Part shown: piece after piece, positions 43,294-53,858 of the stretch
Layout of the letters: each line of letters begins with the position of its first letter
How positions within the stretch are numbered: the stretch's first letter is position 1
NCBI GenBank assembly: GCA_963721455.1
Contig: CAVRJG010000044.1
Coordinates: 93,965-157,964, forward strand
Reading direction: 5' to 3'
DNA length: 64,000 nucleotides
Source of the DNA: an uncultured Methanosarcinaceae archaeon
Lineage (GTDB): Archaea; Halobacteriota; Methanosarcinia; Methanosarcinales; Methanosarcinaceae
The notes under the pieces: generated by a model
What the model was told of the DNA's origin: nothing
What the model saw: the letters and a program-made list of their open reading frames with translations, nothing else
The model's database searches: none
Made by a program: the position numbers and the translations under genes

Positions 43294-45198
43294 ATGTCCA
43301 GACCAGTATATCTTGGCAAAATGCTTCTGCACTGGTGCGAGGCCTGTAATGTGCCTGTGCTAGGAAAAAAGTGCGGATGCGGTAAAAATACAAAAAAAGT
43401 TGAGGTCACCCCGCCAGGGGATATCCGCCCGGCTTTTGACTATGACGTAAAACGCATAAACTCTGTTTCTGAAAAACAGTTCAATGCTCCGCTGATACCC
43501 GATGGTCACCTTGTAGTGTTAAACAAAGCTCCATATGAAGACCGCATGGACGAGATTATAGTCGATGGGAAAGTCCTTGCGTCCCTCAGGTTTGAAATCG
43601 AGAGCTGTGAATGGATCCTGCTTCCCAGGATAGAAGGGGCAAGAAGGCTTTTCCAGGGCAGAGACAGAAAAGACCTGAAGAAATGGGTTGTTATCGAGCA
43701 GGCAGTTGTACCCTTCATCCTTGAAAAAGGAGCAAGTGTTCTGGCTCCTGGCGTTCTTGATGCAGATCCCGAAATAAGAAAAGAAGACGAGGTCGTTGTC
43801 CTGAACCCTGCAGGAGAAGTGATCTGCTGTGGACGCGCCCGAATGACAGGAAAGGAGATGCGTGAGGAAAAACGCGGGAATGCAGTAAAACCGCGCTGGA
43901 GCGGAGAGCCAGAGCCTCAAAAAACAAATTCTGCAGGGCAGAGCTGGGAAGATGCCGTAAAAGCCAACGAAAAAATTCTGGACACTATGATAGGAAATTC
44001 CCGCGCTTTCATCAAAAATGTCGCCGGGAGCATGAATATGCAGGTGAGCGTGTCCTATTCAGGGGGTAAGGATAGCCTTGCTGTGCTCCAGCTAGTTGAT
44101 GAGACTCTGGATGATTACGAAATCATGTTTGCAGATACAGGGCTTGAATTTCCGGAAACCCTTGAAAACGTCAAAAAGGTTGCCGGGTACTATGGAAAAG
44201 AGCTCAGGACTGCGAATGCAGGAAATTCTTTTTGGGATTCGATAAATGTTTTTGGCCCTCCGACCATGGACACCCGCTGGTGCTGCAAGATCTGCAAACT
44301 CGGGCCTATTACCCAGCTAATTGATGAAAACTACGAAGGAGGCTGCCTGAGTTTCATAGGACAGCGCCAGTATGAATCCCATGCCCGTTCCATTAGCAAG
44401 AAAGTCTGGAAAAATCCCTGGGTCGGGAACCAGGTAGGAGCCTCTCCAATACAGGAATGGACAGCTCTTCATATCTGGCTTTACCTCTTCAGGACAAAAG
44501 CTCCCTACAATCCGGCTTATGAGAAGGGTTATGACCGGATGGGGTGCTGGCTCTGCCCGTCTTCGTCCCTTGCCGACTTTTTCCAGCTGGAAGAAAGCCA
44601 TCCTGAGCTTGCAAACAAACTCAATTCCCACCTCCTTGATTATGCAGAGCGAATGGGGCTTTCCCCTGAATGGGTAAAGTACGGCTTATGGCGTTACAAA
44701 CGATATCCGCGTGTTCTCCAGGAACTTGCGGAGAAAAAAGGAATTTCCCTGCTCCCATCCCAGGAAGCCCCGGAGGAGCTCCATTTTGAGGTCGCAACCG
44801 GATACAGGCCCTGCAAGGCAGGAGGGATGTCTGCGGATGGAAGTTTCGGGCAGGCAATAGATATAGAAACCCTGGAAGAAAGCGGAATGCTTAACCCGAT
44901 TGGGAATGTTTCATTTATAGAAGGTGCTGCGTCGGTCGCCTTCGGAGAGTCCAGAGCGCAGGTATTTGCCTCGGGGAATGTTAACGGGAGAAGCGAAAAC
45001 GAAAAAGTGCTGAAAAAGCTCATGAGAATGGTTGAATTCTCGGTAAGAAGGGCTTTGCTCTGTCAGGGATGCGGGATTTGCATGGGCCACTGTGAGCACA
45101 ATGCGATTGAAATGAAGGGAAAGAGGGTAAGGATCAGAGAAAACTGTATTCACTGCGGGGCGTGTATCGAAGTTTGCCCGCTTGTAAAATTCATTTAA
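43294..45198 (+). CDS. PAPS-reductase family protein with PUA and 4Fe-4S domains
   Basis: PUA (GASVLAPGV), SYSGGKDS, RWCCKICK, RMGCWLCP, two C-terminal CxxCxxCxxxC motifs. Confidence 0.9.
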   Translation: MSRPVYLGKMLLHWCEACNVPVLGKKCGCGKNTKKVEVTPPGDIRPAFDYDVKRINSVSEKQFNAPLIPDGHLVVLNKAPYEDRMDEIIVDGKVLASLRFEIESCEWILLPRIEGARRLFQGRDRKDLKKWVVIEQAVVPFILEKGASVLAPGVLDADPEIRKEDEVVVLNPAGEVICCGRARMTGKEMREEKRGNAVKPRWSGEPEPQKTNSAGQSWEDAVKANEKILDTMIGNSRAFIKNVAGSMNMQVSVSYSGGKDSLAVLQLVDETLDDYEIMFADTGLEFPETLENVKKVAGYYGKELRTANAGNSFWDSINVFGPPTMDTRWCCKICKLGPITQLIDENYEGGCLSFIGQRQYESHARSISKKVWKNPWVGNQVGASPIQEWTALHIWLYLFRTKAPYNPAYEKGYDRMGCWLCPSSSLADFFQLEESHPELANKLNSHLLDYAERMGLSPEWVKYGLWRYKRYPRVLQELAEKKGISLLPSQEAPEELHFEVATGYRPCKAGGMSADGSFGQAIDIETLEESGMLNPIGNVSFIEGAASVAFGESRAQVFASGNVNGRSENEKVLKKLMRMVEFSVRRALLCQGCGICMGHCEHNAIEMKGKRVRIRENCIHCGACIEVCPLVKFI

Positions 45199-45398
45199 AT
45201 TTTTTCGGCTGCCAACGAATTAGAGCAAAAATAGTTTGCAGAAAGAAGAGATGAGAAAAAGTAGAAGAAATTGGAAAATTTGGAAAAAATCTGAAAAGAA
45301 AATAAGATGAGCCTCTAGCAAGGCAGGGCAGATTGCGCTTTTGCCGGAGAAGGCGTCCCTGACAGGGCTCCAGATCTTCGGCTTTGGGGCCAGGAATA

Positions 45399-45742
45399 TT
45401 ACTCAGCGTCAATATTGATTTCAAAACAACTTGCGATCTGCTTACCCCTGCGGTATGTACCCGTAATCTTTTGACTGCCCTGGCATGTTACCCGAATATC
45501 CCATACACGGTACCCCCGCTGCCAATCTTTCCCTCGTCTTCAGGGACGAACCTGTCCCTCGTAACCTGCAGTCCATTACTGGTTGCAATATCCCAGCTAA
45601 ATCCGCTGACAGGGTTTTCCGGAAACTGGATGGTAAACGATTTTTTAATCATATTACCCCTCTCATAACCGTTACTATATGCAGCCGTCCTTTCCGACCC
45701 CAATTTACACATTCTGACAGGATCTACATTAAAAATAGCCAT
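45399..45742 (-). pseudogene. Chagasin / protease inhibitor I42 domain protein with a -1 frameshift
   Basis: FTIQFPENPVSGFSW...GSGGT|VWDIRVTCQGSQKITGTYRR...FEINIDAE*; span 344 nt; one base missing near 45510. Confidence 0.7.
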
Positions 45743-46001
45743 ATTTGAAAATATGGGATAGAAATTCAGGTTATGGATGCGATTTTGAAATATAGCTCAT
45801 ATTATTACATTTCTTGTTTGATAAATTTTATGAAAAAAGACGATCTTTGAGGTTAATAGAAAAGAAGAAATGCAATATCCGATTCCTCGAATTGAAGCTG
45901 AAGGGATATAAAAGAAAACATAGAAATATAATTACTGTAAGGAACCAATGCCTTTCTGTACCTAAAATAGAGGTAAACATAAAACCTCAATGGGGCAAAA
46001 C

Positions 46002-47099
46002 TCAATAATCAAAAAGGCTTTTTTGACCTATTCTTTTCTGGAGTTCCCCTACCCTGACCCCTACACGCCTGAATTCAGCCCGGCTTTCCGAAAGGAAATC
46101 ACCCATGATTTCGCGAGCTACTTCGAGAAGGACTTCCTTTGAATGAGCCGGATGGTTTAGTGTACGGCTTTTTGTATACATCCTGAAACCTGAATTTATG
46201 ACCGTAACGGTTACAACCCTGAAGGAAAGTCCCCTTGAATCAAGTTTTGAGATTACGTCTCCTGCCAGCCTGTCAAGAAGAGGAAAAATCAGCTTAGTAT
46301 CGAGAGTATCTTCGGGCAGCGTTGCAATCCGCCCGATCTGTTCGGAACCGCCCCTTTCTTTTAGGGGAGAATCATCGATTCCTGCCGCAGCCTGTTTAAG
46401 CCAGATTCCACGGGATTTTCCAAAGGTGGAAACCAGGTCGAGAACATCGTGTTCGGCAAGGTCTTTTATTGTAACTATGCCCATTTCCTGCAGTTTTCCT
46501 GCAGTTATGTCCCCGATTCCCCAGAGTTTGGATACTTTGAGAGGCCAGAGAAAACTCTCAAGCTTGTCCGGACTTACGACTGTGATCCCATTTGGTTTTT
46601 TTACAGAGGAAGCCATCTTGGCGATAAGCTTATTCGGCCCGATCCCCACTGAACATGTCAGCTTTTCTCTTTCTTTTATTTCCTTCTTAATTTGGTTTCC
46701 TATGTCAAAGGCCAGGCTAAAGTTACCACCTGTTTTCTCGGTAATCTCCAGGAATGCTTCATCAATACTGATTTGCTCAAAGGCGTCTCCATTATCCCTG
46801 ACATCTGCATAACTCCTGAGAATTTCCATGACCCTGTCTGAAACCGAGGTGTAGAAGTCCTTCCTGACAGGCAAAAAGACGGCGTCAGGACTCAGCTTTT
46901 TTGCCCTCGAACAAGGCATACCCGACCTGATCCCGGACTCTCGCGCGACATAATTGCAGGTACTTACAGCCCCACTGAGCCCGCTCCGTCCAGAGAGCAT
47001 GCAGACCACAACTGCTTTTCCCTGAAGCTCAGGGTTTTCCCGCTCCTCAATGGCTGCATAAAAATAGTCCATATCCACATGGAGAACAACACGCTGCAT
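46002..47099 (-). CDS. dinB: DNA polymerase IV (Y family)
   Basis: HVDMDYFYA, NYVAR, SIDEAFL, KLIAKMAS..KP.G. Confidence 0.95.
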   Translation of the reverse strand: MQRVVLHVDMDYFYAAIEERENPELQGKAVVVCMLSGRSGLSGAVSTCNYVARESGIRSGMPCSRAKKLSPDAVFLPVRKDFYTSVSDRVMEILRSYADVRDNGDAFEQISIDEAFLEITEKTGGNFSLAFDIGNQIKKEIKEREKLTCSVGIGPNKLIAKMASSVKKPNGITVVSPDKLESFLWPLKVSKLWGIGDITAGKLQEMGIVTIKDLAEHDVLDLVSTFGKSRGIWLKQAAAGIDDSPLKERGGSEQIGRIATLPEDTLDTKLIFPLLDRLAGDVISKLDSRGLSFRVVTVTVINSGFRMYTKSRTLNHPAHSKEVLLEVAREIMGDFLSESRAEFRRVGVRVGELQKRIGQKSLFDY

Positions 47100-47179
47100 C
47101 GAAAAAAATAGGCTGGGAAGATTTGTATAATTATCTCTCGAAATTTAAACCGAAAAAGAATAAACAATATATTAAAATT

Positions 47180-47315
47180 GGCAGTGTGCCGTAATTTCTG
47201 TAAAATCACAAATCTCAAGAAGTTATTGGGTTGAAAATTCAATATCAGAAGATCTATTTCCCCCACAGTATACAAAAACTTGACTTAGAATTTACAGCAA
47301 ATTCGCGACACTGCC
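47180..47315. mobile_element. Miniature inverted-repeat element, 136 bp, imperfect ~28-bp TIRs starting GGCAGTGT, possible ATT duplication
   Basis: GGCAGTGTGCCGTAATTTCTGTAAAATC ... GAATTTACAGCAAATTCGCGACACTGCC. Confidence 0.7.
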
Positions 47316-47441
47316 ATTTTCCTACTTTAAATAGAATAATTAAGCTGGAGATTAGATCACGAAAGATGCAACCCATGTCTGTACGTTCCAATCTCCAGTA
47401 AAGTGTCTGCCTACTGACGACATATTTGATCCTGCACGAAT

Positions 47442-47849
47442 TCAGGCAAAAGCTTCTTTGTTCATGATATAAGCAATCATTTCAGGATTAATTTTGTTCT
47501 CCCTTGAAACCTTTGCTTCAATGTCCTCAGCGGATTTACCATCGATTTTCATTTCCTTTATTTTCTCAATCACCGATGATGGAACTGTGTAATATTCGTT
47601 AATGTTCTTCCTGTGGCCACAGACATCGCCTTCGATAAGCTGGATTCTCTGCATCTCAAGGAACATTTCTATGGAGTTTAAGACCGTAGCCATGTAAGAC
47701 TTGGGTAGCTGAATTACCTCAATCTTCGGGCAGGTTTCAACCAGTCCGAAAATGTCCTTGTTAGAAGGTCTGAAAGCCAGGTGAACAACACGTTCATTTG
47801 GATTTAATGTAAAGATTTCTTCTCTTGAACTAACTACTCGAATTCTCAT
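47442..47849 (-). CDS. DUF1699 family protein
   Basis: MRIRVVSSREEI...HLAFRPSNKD...GHRKNINEYY. Confidence 0.88.
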   Translation of the reverse strand: MRIRVVSSREEIFTLNPNERVVHLAFRPSNKDIFGLVETCPKIEVIQLPKSYMATVLNSIEMFLEMQRIQLIEGDVCGHRKNINEYYTVPSSVIEKIKEMKIDGKSAEDIEAKVSRENKINPEMIAYIMNKEAFA

Positions 47850-48911
47850 ATTTTTCCCCCACTATGAACTTCTTTTAATTTTACTTTGATATAAACTACA
47901 TATACTGATTATAAATAATTATCTCATTGAACTAACATTATTTAGATAGTTTTTTGGAGATGATGATTATATTAGATCTTCTAATTTGATCTAGAAAAGC
48001 CAAAGAAAGAATAAAAACCGATTTTTACAATTTGTTTTTCTATTTTTGCTTCATTTCTGCTCTATTTAATTCTATAATTTTTTCCAAATACAGACTAATT
48101 ATTCTTATTTTCGATCCATTTCAATCTCAGACTTTAATGAGACCTTCCAACTTTCGGGCGCATCAAAATAAGAAACTGAGAAATCAAATCCTTCCAGGGT
48201 CGATAGCTGCGTTTTGAAAATCTGTTTTTTGTAGCTCAAGCTATGTAACGTAACTATATTACATCCAATACAAAAACAGTTAAAAAAGAGAGACGGAGCC
48301 AGACAGATAAATGGTCAAAGTCTGCCTGGAGTTTGATAGTTTATTTTATTGGAAACAATAATATATTAACATTAAATTATTTAAACCCATATCTTTCATT
48401 GGATCATTAATCATTCCTCTTTGATTTATCCGTCCTGGTCCAAAAACTAAAGATTTCCTTCTCCTCTTGTTTCCATTCTTTTTCCATAAGTGATAATTCG
48501 TCTTCAGTCATTCTCTATGCCCCCCAAATTCATTAAAAAATTTGATTAATTTCGTCCCATAGCTGTTTCACTTTTTCGATTATTCTATCCTAAATGAGCT
48601 TCAATCGCCAGACTAGACAATGCACCAAACTCATTCAGGACCTCATGGACTTCCCTCATAAAGGGCTCTTTTTACGTCTGCGGCAGTTCCAAAATTTTTT
48701 AATGGAATTATGTTCTCGCCCGCCTTGTTAATCTGGTCTCTCAAAAAAGCCAGGCTAACGGCTGAACTGCCTACAAATCCGCCTGAACCTGCGATAACCG
48801 CTTTAATAATTTTTGGAGTTGTAGGCATAATAAAGGATATTTCTTTCATACATTATTACTTTTTTGTATGTGTTGCTTGTTTATATCTTAAATATGCAGG
48901 GGAGTTTTTGG

Positions 48912-49189
48912 GGTTCCGTTGCAAAAAATCTGGCTTTCTTGCAAAATCAGAAAAAACCTTCACAATTAGGAAATTTAATCATTTCATTAGAAAGAAAATG
49001 ACACATAAAGGTAAGAATTATAGTCTCAAATTGCAGAAATATTATTTTTGCACCAGAACCTGTTTTTTGTGGTAAAAGGAAAAGGATACAGAGTCAATCA
49101 TATTTTACAGAACTTTCGGTACACTGCCTTTGATTTTTATTCATTACTTATAGATTTACATATTTTTTTGAATTTTTTGCAACGGAACC
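48912..49189 (+). mobile_element. IS6-family derived miniature element (278 bp)
   Basis: TIRs GGTTCCGTTGCAAAAAA / TTTTTTGCAACGGAACC; its right ~55 bp nearly match the right end of the IS6 remnant at 49777-50461. Confidence 0.8.
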
Positions 49190-49304
49190 CAACGACCTAA
49201 CCCCCTAATAAAGGAAGATAATTAAAATGTACAAAAGTGTACATGCAGGCAAGAAACCTAAACCTATTTCATGAAGAAAAACTAAAAGCACATTTGGTGT
49301 AAGT

Positions 49305-49454
49305 GTGTCTCAAATAGATGTTTCAGATGGAGATCTTATTATTTTTATTGGTGGTATCATTGTAGGAATTAGTTTAGGTCTTTTAACAAATGTATGGGTC
49401 ACAAGTAAAGGAAATCAAGGCATAGCTCAGTGGTACTTTATTGGCAAAATATGA
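49305..49454 (+). CDS. Putative 49-aa single-TM micropeptide
   Basis: GTG start; LIIFIGGIIVGISLGLLTNVWV hydrophobic stretch; below the ORF-track cutoff. Confidence 0.35.
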   Translation: MSQIDVSDGDLIIFIGGIIVGISLGLLTNVWVTSKGNQGIAQWYFIGKI

Positions 49455-49472
49455 AAGATAGGAGTGAGTAAA

Positions 49473-49733
49473 ATGAGTGAATACGAATTAACCGACATTG
49501 AAAAAAAAGCCATGGATAATTGGATAATGTTAAATATACTCCCACAAAAAACACCAAATAAAAATTACACTAGTTATGCACTTAAAAATTTTTTTGAACA
49601 AACACCAGATGGTTTCTTTATCACAAATAAGCAGTTTAAAGAAGCGATGGTCAGATGCAATTTCTTACCTGTAAATAAAAATAAATTAAATTGGGAATTC
49701 CGAATTTCCCTAAAATCTCCAGGGTTGAAATAA
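49473..49733 (+). CDS. Hypothetical 86-aa protein, possibly a winged-helix-like mobile-element protein
   Basis: GGAG upstream; TSYALKNFFE...FITNKQFKEAM...F pattern. Confidence 0.7.
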   Translation: MSEYELTDIEKKAMDNWIMLNILPQKTPNKNYTSYALKNFFEQTPDGFFITNKQFKEAMVRCNFLPVNKNKLNWEFRISLKSPGLK

Positions 49734-49776
49734 TCTAAACGAACATGAAATTCTTCGAATAACAGGTTCAAATAAA

Positions 49777-50461
49777 GGTTCCGTTGCAAAAATCATTTCT
49801 AATGATACAATAGAATAAAAAGAAAAACAAAGATAGCAATATGCTATCTAATTCCTTTAAATGAAAGCATTATGAAGGAGAAATTATCCTATTGAATGTA
49901 AGATGGTACTTAAAATACCCATTTAGCTATAGAAATTTAAAGGAAATGATGATAGAAAGAGGAATTCAAGTTGATCACAGTACTATAATGAGATGGGTAC
50001 ATCAATATTCCCCTGAAGTAGAAAAGAAAATAAGAAGACATTTAAGACCAACATGCTATAGATGAACTGAAAAATGAGAAAATACCACCTAAAAACGTAG
50101 GCATTAGACAAATCAAGTATTTGAATAACATTATAGAGCAAGATCATAGAGTCTATAAAGCGAATCGTTAATCCAATGGTAGGATTTCAGTCTTTTCGAT
50201 CTGCTAATAAGACTTTAAAAGGAATTGAAGCTATGAATATGATTAAAAAAAGACAAGTAAATGATCCAAATTACTCTGTTCTTAATGAAGTCAAATACAT
50301 TAATCAATTGTTTGGTATAGTTTTATAATATTGGTACATTTTCCTTGAATATTTTGATTTTTATTCATTACTTATAGATTTATATGCTTATTTTGAATTT
50401 TTTATTTTTATTCATTACTTATAGATTTATATGCTTATTTTGAATTTTTTGCAACGGAACC
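49777..50461 (+). mobile_element. IS6-family element, internally deleted, with a transposase pseudogene
   Basis: TIRs GGTTCCGTTGCAAAAA; fragments EIILLNVRWYLKYPFSYRNLKEMMIERGIQVDHSTIMRWVHQYSPE and KYLNNIIEQDHR; in-frame stop, frameshifts and missing DDE core; 47-bp tandem duplication at 50357-50450. Confidence 0.92.
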
Positions 50462-50921
50462 CAAAATGTTGCCATGAGGTAAAGACGGCAAGTCTACAGT
50501 CCGGAGCCAGACCTGCAAGCATGCCAGACAGATAAATAAATTTATAAAAGTTGTCCGGCAATATTACAGTGTGACCGAAAACGACGTAATGTACATAATC
50601 ATAGGCCTAACAATCGCAGCAGGCACACTCACACTCATATACTTTGGTCTTCAACGACATGGAAAACATCGGCCGAATGAATGAACGGCTCGTTTAGACT
50701 TTTAAGAAGTCGGCTGCAGGCACATCGGAATGCAGTTGTTTTGTAGGAAAATTACTGAATTTTTCTGACCTGTTTGTAGCTTCTGACATGTTTTTCGACA
50801 GGAATTAACTGAATGCAGAGGTAATAGTTATCATGCGGGATTTTCTGGCCTGTCTGCTATAACCTTCCTCTTCCCGATGTGCTTATAGACCAGATGCCCG
50901 CCTACTTTCTACATTGATTTT

Positions 50922-51006
50922 CATAAAACCTATGTATTTTAGCTCGTTTTTTCCAATTCCAGCGCCAAATTGCCAGGAATATTGGAGAATATACATAGGT
51001 TTTGTG
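50922..51006. repeat. 16-bp inverted repeat CATAAAACCTATGTAT ... ATACATAGGTTTTGTG
   Basis: 15/16 match, 53-nt spacer; a related AAAACCCATGCAT follows at 51009. Confidence 0.7.
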
Positions 51007-51778
51007 TCAAAACCCATGCATCAATAAAAAAGGTAAATCCTGTTTTTTGTAATGAAGAAAAGAGAGTTCAGAGCCATTTCGAATTTACAGAACTTTCAGT
51101 ACACTGCCTTAAAATTAAAACTCCTTAGTCTAAGATTAAAAAGCAGGGAGAAAATCTAGGTTTTTTCCTGTATCACTTGCTTTTAGCACTGTGGCTCCTC
51201 ACTTGCGTTGTATTTACAGGTGAGGAAACCAACATTGCCGATTTGTATATAGATTTAGGAGGCATATATTTTTTGTCTGTTCGTATGAAATTTGTCTGTT
51301 CGTATGACATATTACTATAGGACAAACAACTATTTAATACTTTTGTTAATTATCGTGTTATTTAATGTTGATAAATTAAAAATATGTAGCACATATCAAA
51401 AGAATGAATTTCTCTTTGTGAACCGCCTTTCGGAGCTGATACATTTCGAGAGGAAATATGACTCCGACCCTTAGCGTAAGTATCAGAGTCCCGTATCCGG
51501 ACATATATTTTTCAAACAGTATTCTTGTACTGTTTATAACAGCATTCTTGTACTGTTTATTAACAATTTACTAAGGATATTTTTGTGAGAGCACGCAACT
51601 TAACATTGTAAATTAAAGCGCAAGCAGTAAAATGAAGACCTAAAGCATAATATAAAATACAAAAAATAAAGTAAAAACCATAACACATAAAAAAGATAAC
51701 TTCATTAGTTGTAACACTATTTTTAAAAAAGTTAGTTCTCAGCAGTTAGACACGATTTCATACAGGACGTTTTCAAGT

Positions 51779-52762
51779 ATGAGCATACAGAATTTCCCAC
51801 GTAACTCCGAAGAAGCAATAACTATTCCGGAGGAAATAATAGGCAGGAGAAATATTAAAACAGGGGCTTTCCCCGAAAAAGCAGACAGAGCCTCTGAAAG
51901 AAGCGGTATTCCTATCCTTGAAGTCAAAGACCTCTGTCATAGATACCCTCACCTTGATTCAAACGCCCTGGATAAGATCAACTTAAAAATATTCAAAGGG
52001 GAAAGAGTTGCAGTCCTTGGGGCTAACGGGGCAGGGAAATCCACTTTATTCAAACATCTTAATGGAATCCTGCGGCCTCTTTCAGGGGAGGTTCTGGTAA
52101 AAGGAGAAAAGGTTACTAAAAAGAATGTCAGGGCCTGCAGGGAAACGGTAGGAATTGTCTTTCAGGACCCCGATGACCAGGTGCTTGCTCCGAGTGTTGA
52201 AGAAGATATCGCTTTTGGGCCAATTAATATGGGTTTATCCAGAGGCGAGGTCGAAACAAGAGTAAAAGAAGCCCTGGAGATGGTTGGACTCACAGGTTTT
52301 GAAGAAAGAGCCCCGCACCATCTGAGCGGAGGGCAGAAGAAACTTGTGGCAATCGCAGGTATCCTTGCCATGCGCCCTGAAGTAATAGTGCTTGACGAGC
52401 CAACAGCAGGCCTCGATCCTCTAAGTTCTGCCCGCGTCCTTGAACTGATTATGAAAATGAACAGGGAACTTGGAATCACCCTTCTCCTTTCCACACATGA
52501 TGTGGATGTTGTCCCTTATTTTGCTGAAAGGGTCTTTGTTCTCCACCATGGAAAACTTGAAGCTGACGGAAGCCCGGACGAGATTTTCAGTGATTCCGAA
52601 CTTCTCAGGAAAGCTCATCTGAGACTCCCAAGAGTGGCCGAGGTATTCGAAATGCTCCAGCAGGAAGGAATCGATATTAACATACAAATAACAGCCGAAG
52701 CAGCCAGGGACGAAATCCTGAGGGTTATAAGTTCCGGAAATCAAACGGCAGAGATGAAGTGA
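51779..52762 (+). CDS. cbiO: ECF transporter ATPase (CbiO/NikO)
   Basis: GANGAGKST, FQDPDDQ, LSGGQKK, LDEPTAGLDP. Confidence 0.9.
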   Translation: MSIQNFPRNSEEAITIPEEIIGRRNIKTGAFPEKADRASERSGIPILEVKDLCHRYPHLDSNALDKINLKIFKGERVAVLGANGAGKSTLFKHLNGILRPLSGEVLVKGEKVTKKNVRACRETVGIVFQDPDDQVLAPSVEEDIAFGPINMGLSRGEVETRVKEALEMVGLTGFEERAPHHLSGGQKKLVAIAGILAMRPEVIVLDEPTAGLDPLSSARVLELIMKMNRELGITLLLSTHDVDVVPYFAERVFVLHHGKLEADGSPDEIFSDSELLRKAHLRLPRVAEVFEMLQQEGIDINIQITAEAARDEILRVISSGNQTAEMK

Positions 52763-52796
52763 AAGTCAAAAAAGCTTCCGCACAGGAGAACATTTA

Positions 52797-53603
52797 ATGG
52801 TAACCCTCACGGATATCGAACGCGAGTCATACAAAAACAGCCCCATACACCGGCTTGATCCCAGAGTAAAGTTGCTTTTTGCGCTTGCGATAATCATTTA
52901 TGTGGTGAGCCTGCCAAGGATTCACGAAAAAAATATGGTTCGCCTTCTTGCCGTAGAGGCTTATATGCTGCTTCTTGTGCTTGCTGCCGGCCTGGACTTA
53001 AGATATTTTTTCCTTCGTATTCTTGCGATTTTACCTTTCGGGCTTGGAATTACCCTTATTCAGCCTTTCCTGAGGCCTTCCTTCATTGAAAATTATACTC
53101 CTTACCCTCTGGACCTGCCTTTAGGGCTAAGTATAACATATGAGGGACTTGCCTTTGGGAGCTCACTTCTTGCGAAATTTCTGGTCTGCATAACAGCTAT
53201 CGTCCTGCTATCTTCCACTACGCGGCTGAGAGATATGGTTGCAGCAGCAGACAGGATAGGCATCCCAAGGGAATTTACCCTGCTGCTGAGTATGATGGTA
53301 CGTTATCTCTTTCTGTTCTGGTCAGTCCTGAAAAGAATAAAAATTGCACAGCAGACCAGGCTCTTCGATATCTGGAACAAAGATGTGCCGAGGAGATGGG
53401 TGATCGAGCAGGTAGGAAACAGCATGAGCGCAATTTTCATACGCTCCTACGAGCAGGGAGAAAGGACCTATATCAGCATGCTTTGCAGAGGCTACGGAAG
53501 CGGGTATGAAAAAGCATATTACAGGACAAAAATTCGAAGCCGGGACGTGCTTTTTTTGCTCCTGAGTGCGGGTTGCATAGTCTATATCCATATTTTTGTC
53601 TGA
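52797..53603 (+). CDS. cbiQ: ECF transporter T component (CbiQ/NikQ)
   Basis: SPIHRLDPRVK, RSYEQGERTYISMLCRGY. Confidence 0.9.
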   Translation: MVTLTDIERESYKNSPIHRLDPRVKLLFALAIIIYVVSLPRIHEKNMVRLLAVEAYMLLLVLAAGLDLRYFFLRILAILPFGLGITLIQPFLRPSFIENYTPYPLDLPLGLSITYEGLAFGSSLLAKFLVCITAIVLLSSTTRLRDMVAAADRIGIPREFTLLLSMMVRYLFLFWSVLKRIKIAQQTRLFDIWNKDVPRRWVIEQVGNSMSAIFIRSYEQGERTYISMLCRGYGSGYEKAYYRTKIRSRDVLFLLLSAGCIVYIHIFV

Positions 53604-53858
53604 AATACCTTACACTGCCAATTTTCTTATCCTCAAAATCCGGTCGTATCCTTTTCTGGATTTTCTTTAAGCGGCCTTAAGACCTGAGAATGAAAAAAGC
53701 TTCGGAAACAAACGATAGTTGATTATACAATTTAATACCAATTAATCACGCCTGAATACTCTATCTATATATGTCTTCAATATATGAGTACGCAATTTGA
53801 AGTTCACTTCAGTATAGAGATATTCGATTTGACTAAAATAAAAAAATTGTCGGACAAA

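Noticed and set aside
49419-49435. tRNA-like GGCATAGCTCAGTGGTA
   Set aside because: Only a D-arm-like 17-mer; there is no anticodon arm, T-loop or acceptor stem, so it is not a tRNA and there is no evidence for an att site.
50700-50910. Possible decayed integrase or other gene fragment on the minus strand
   Set aside because: Short interrupted frames with no diagnostic motif.
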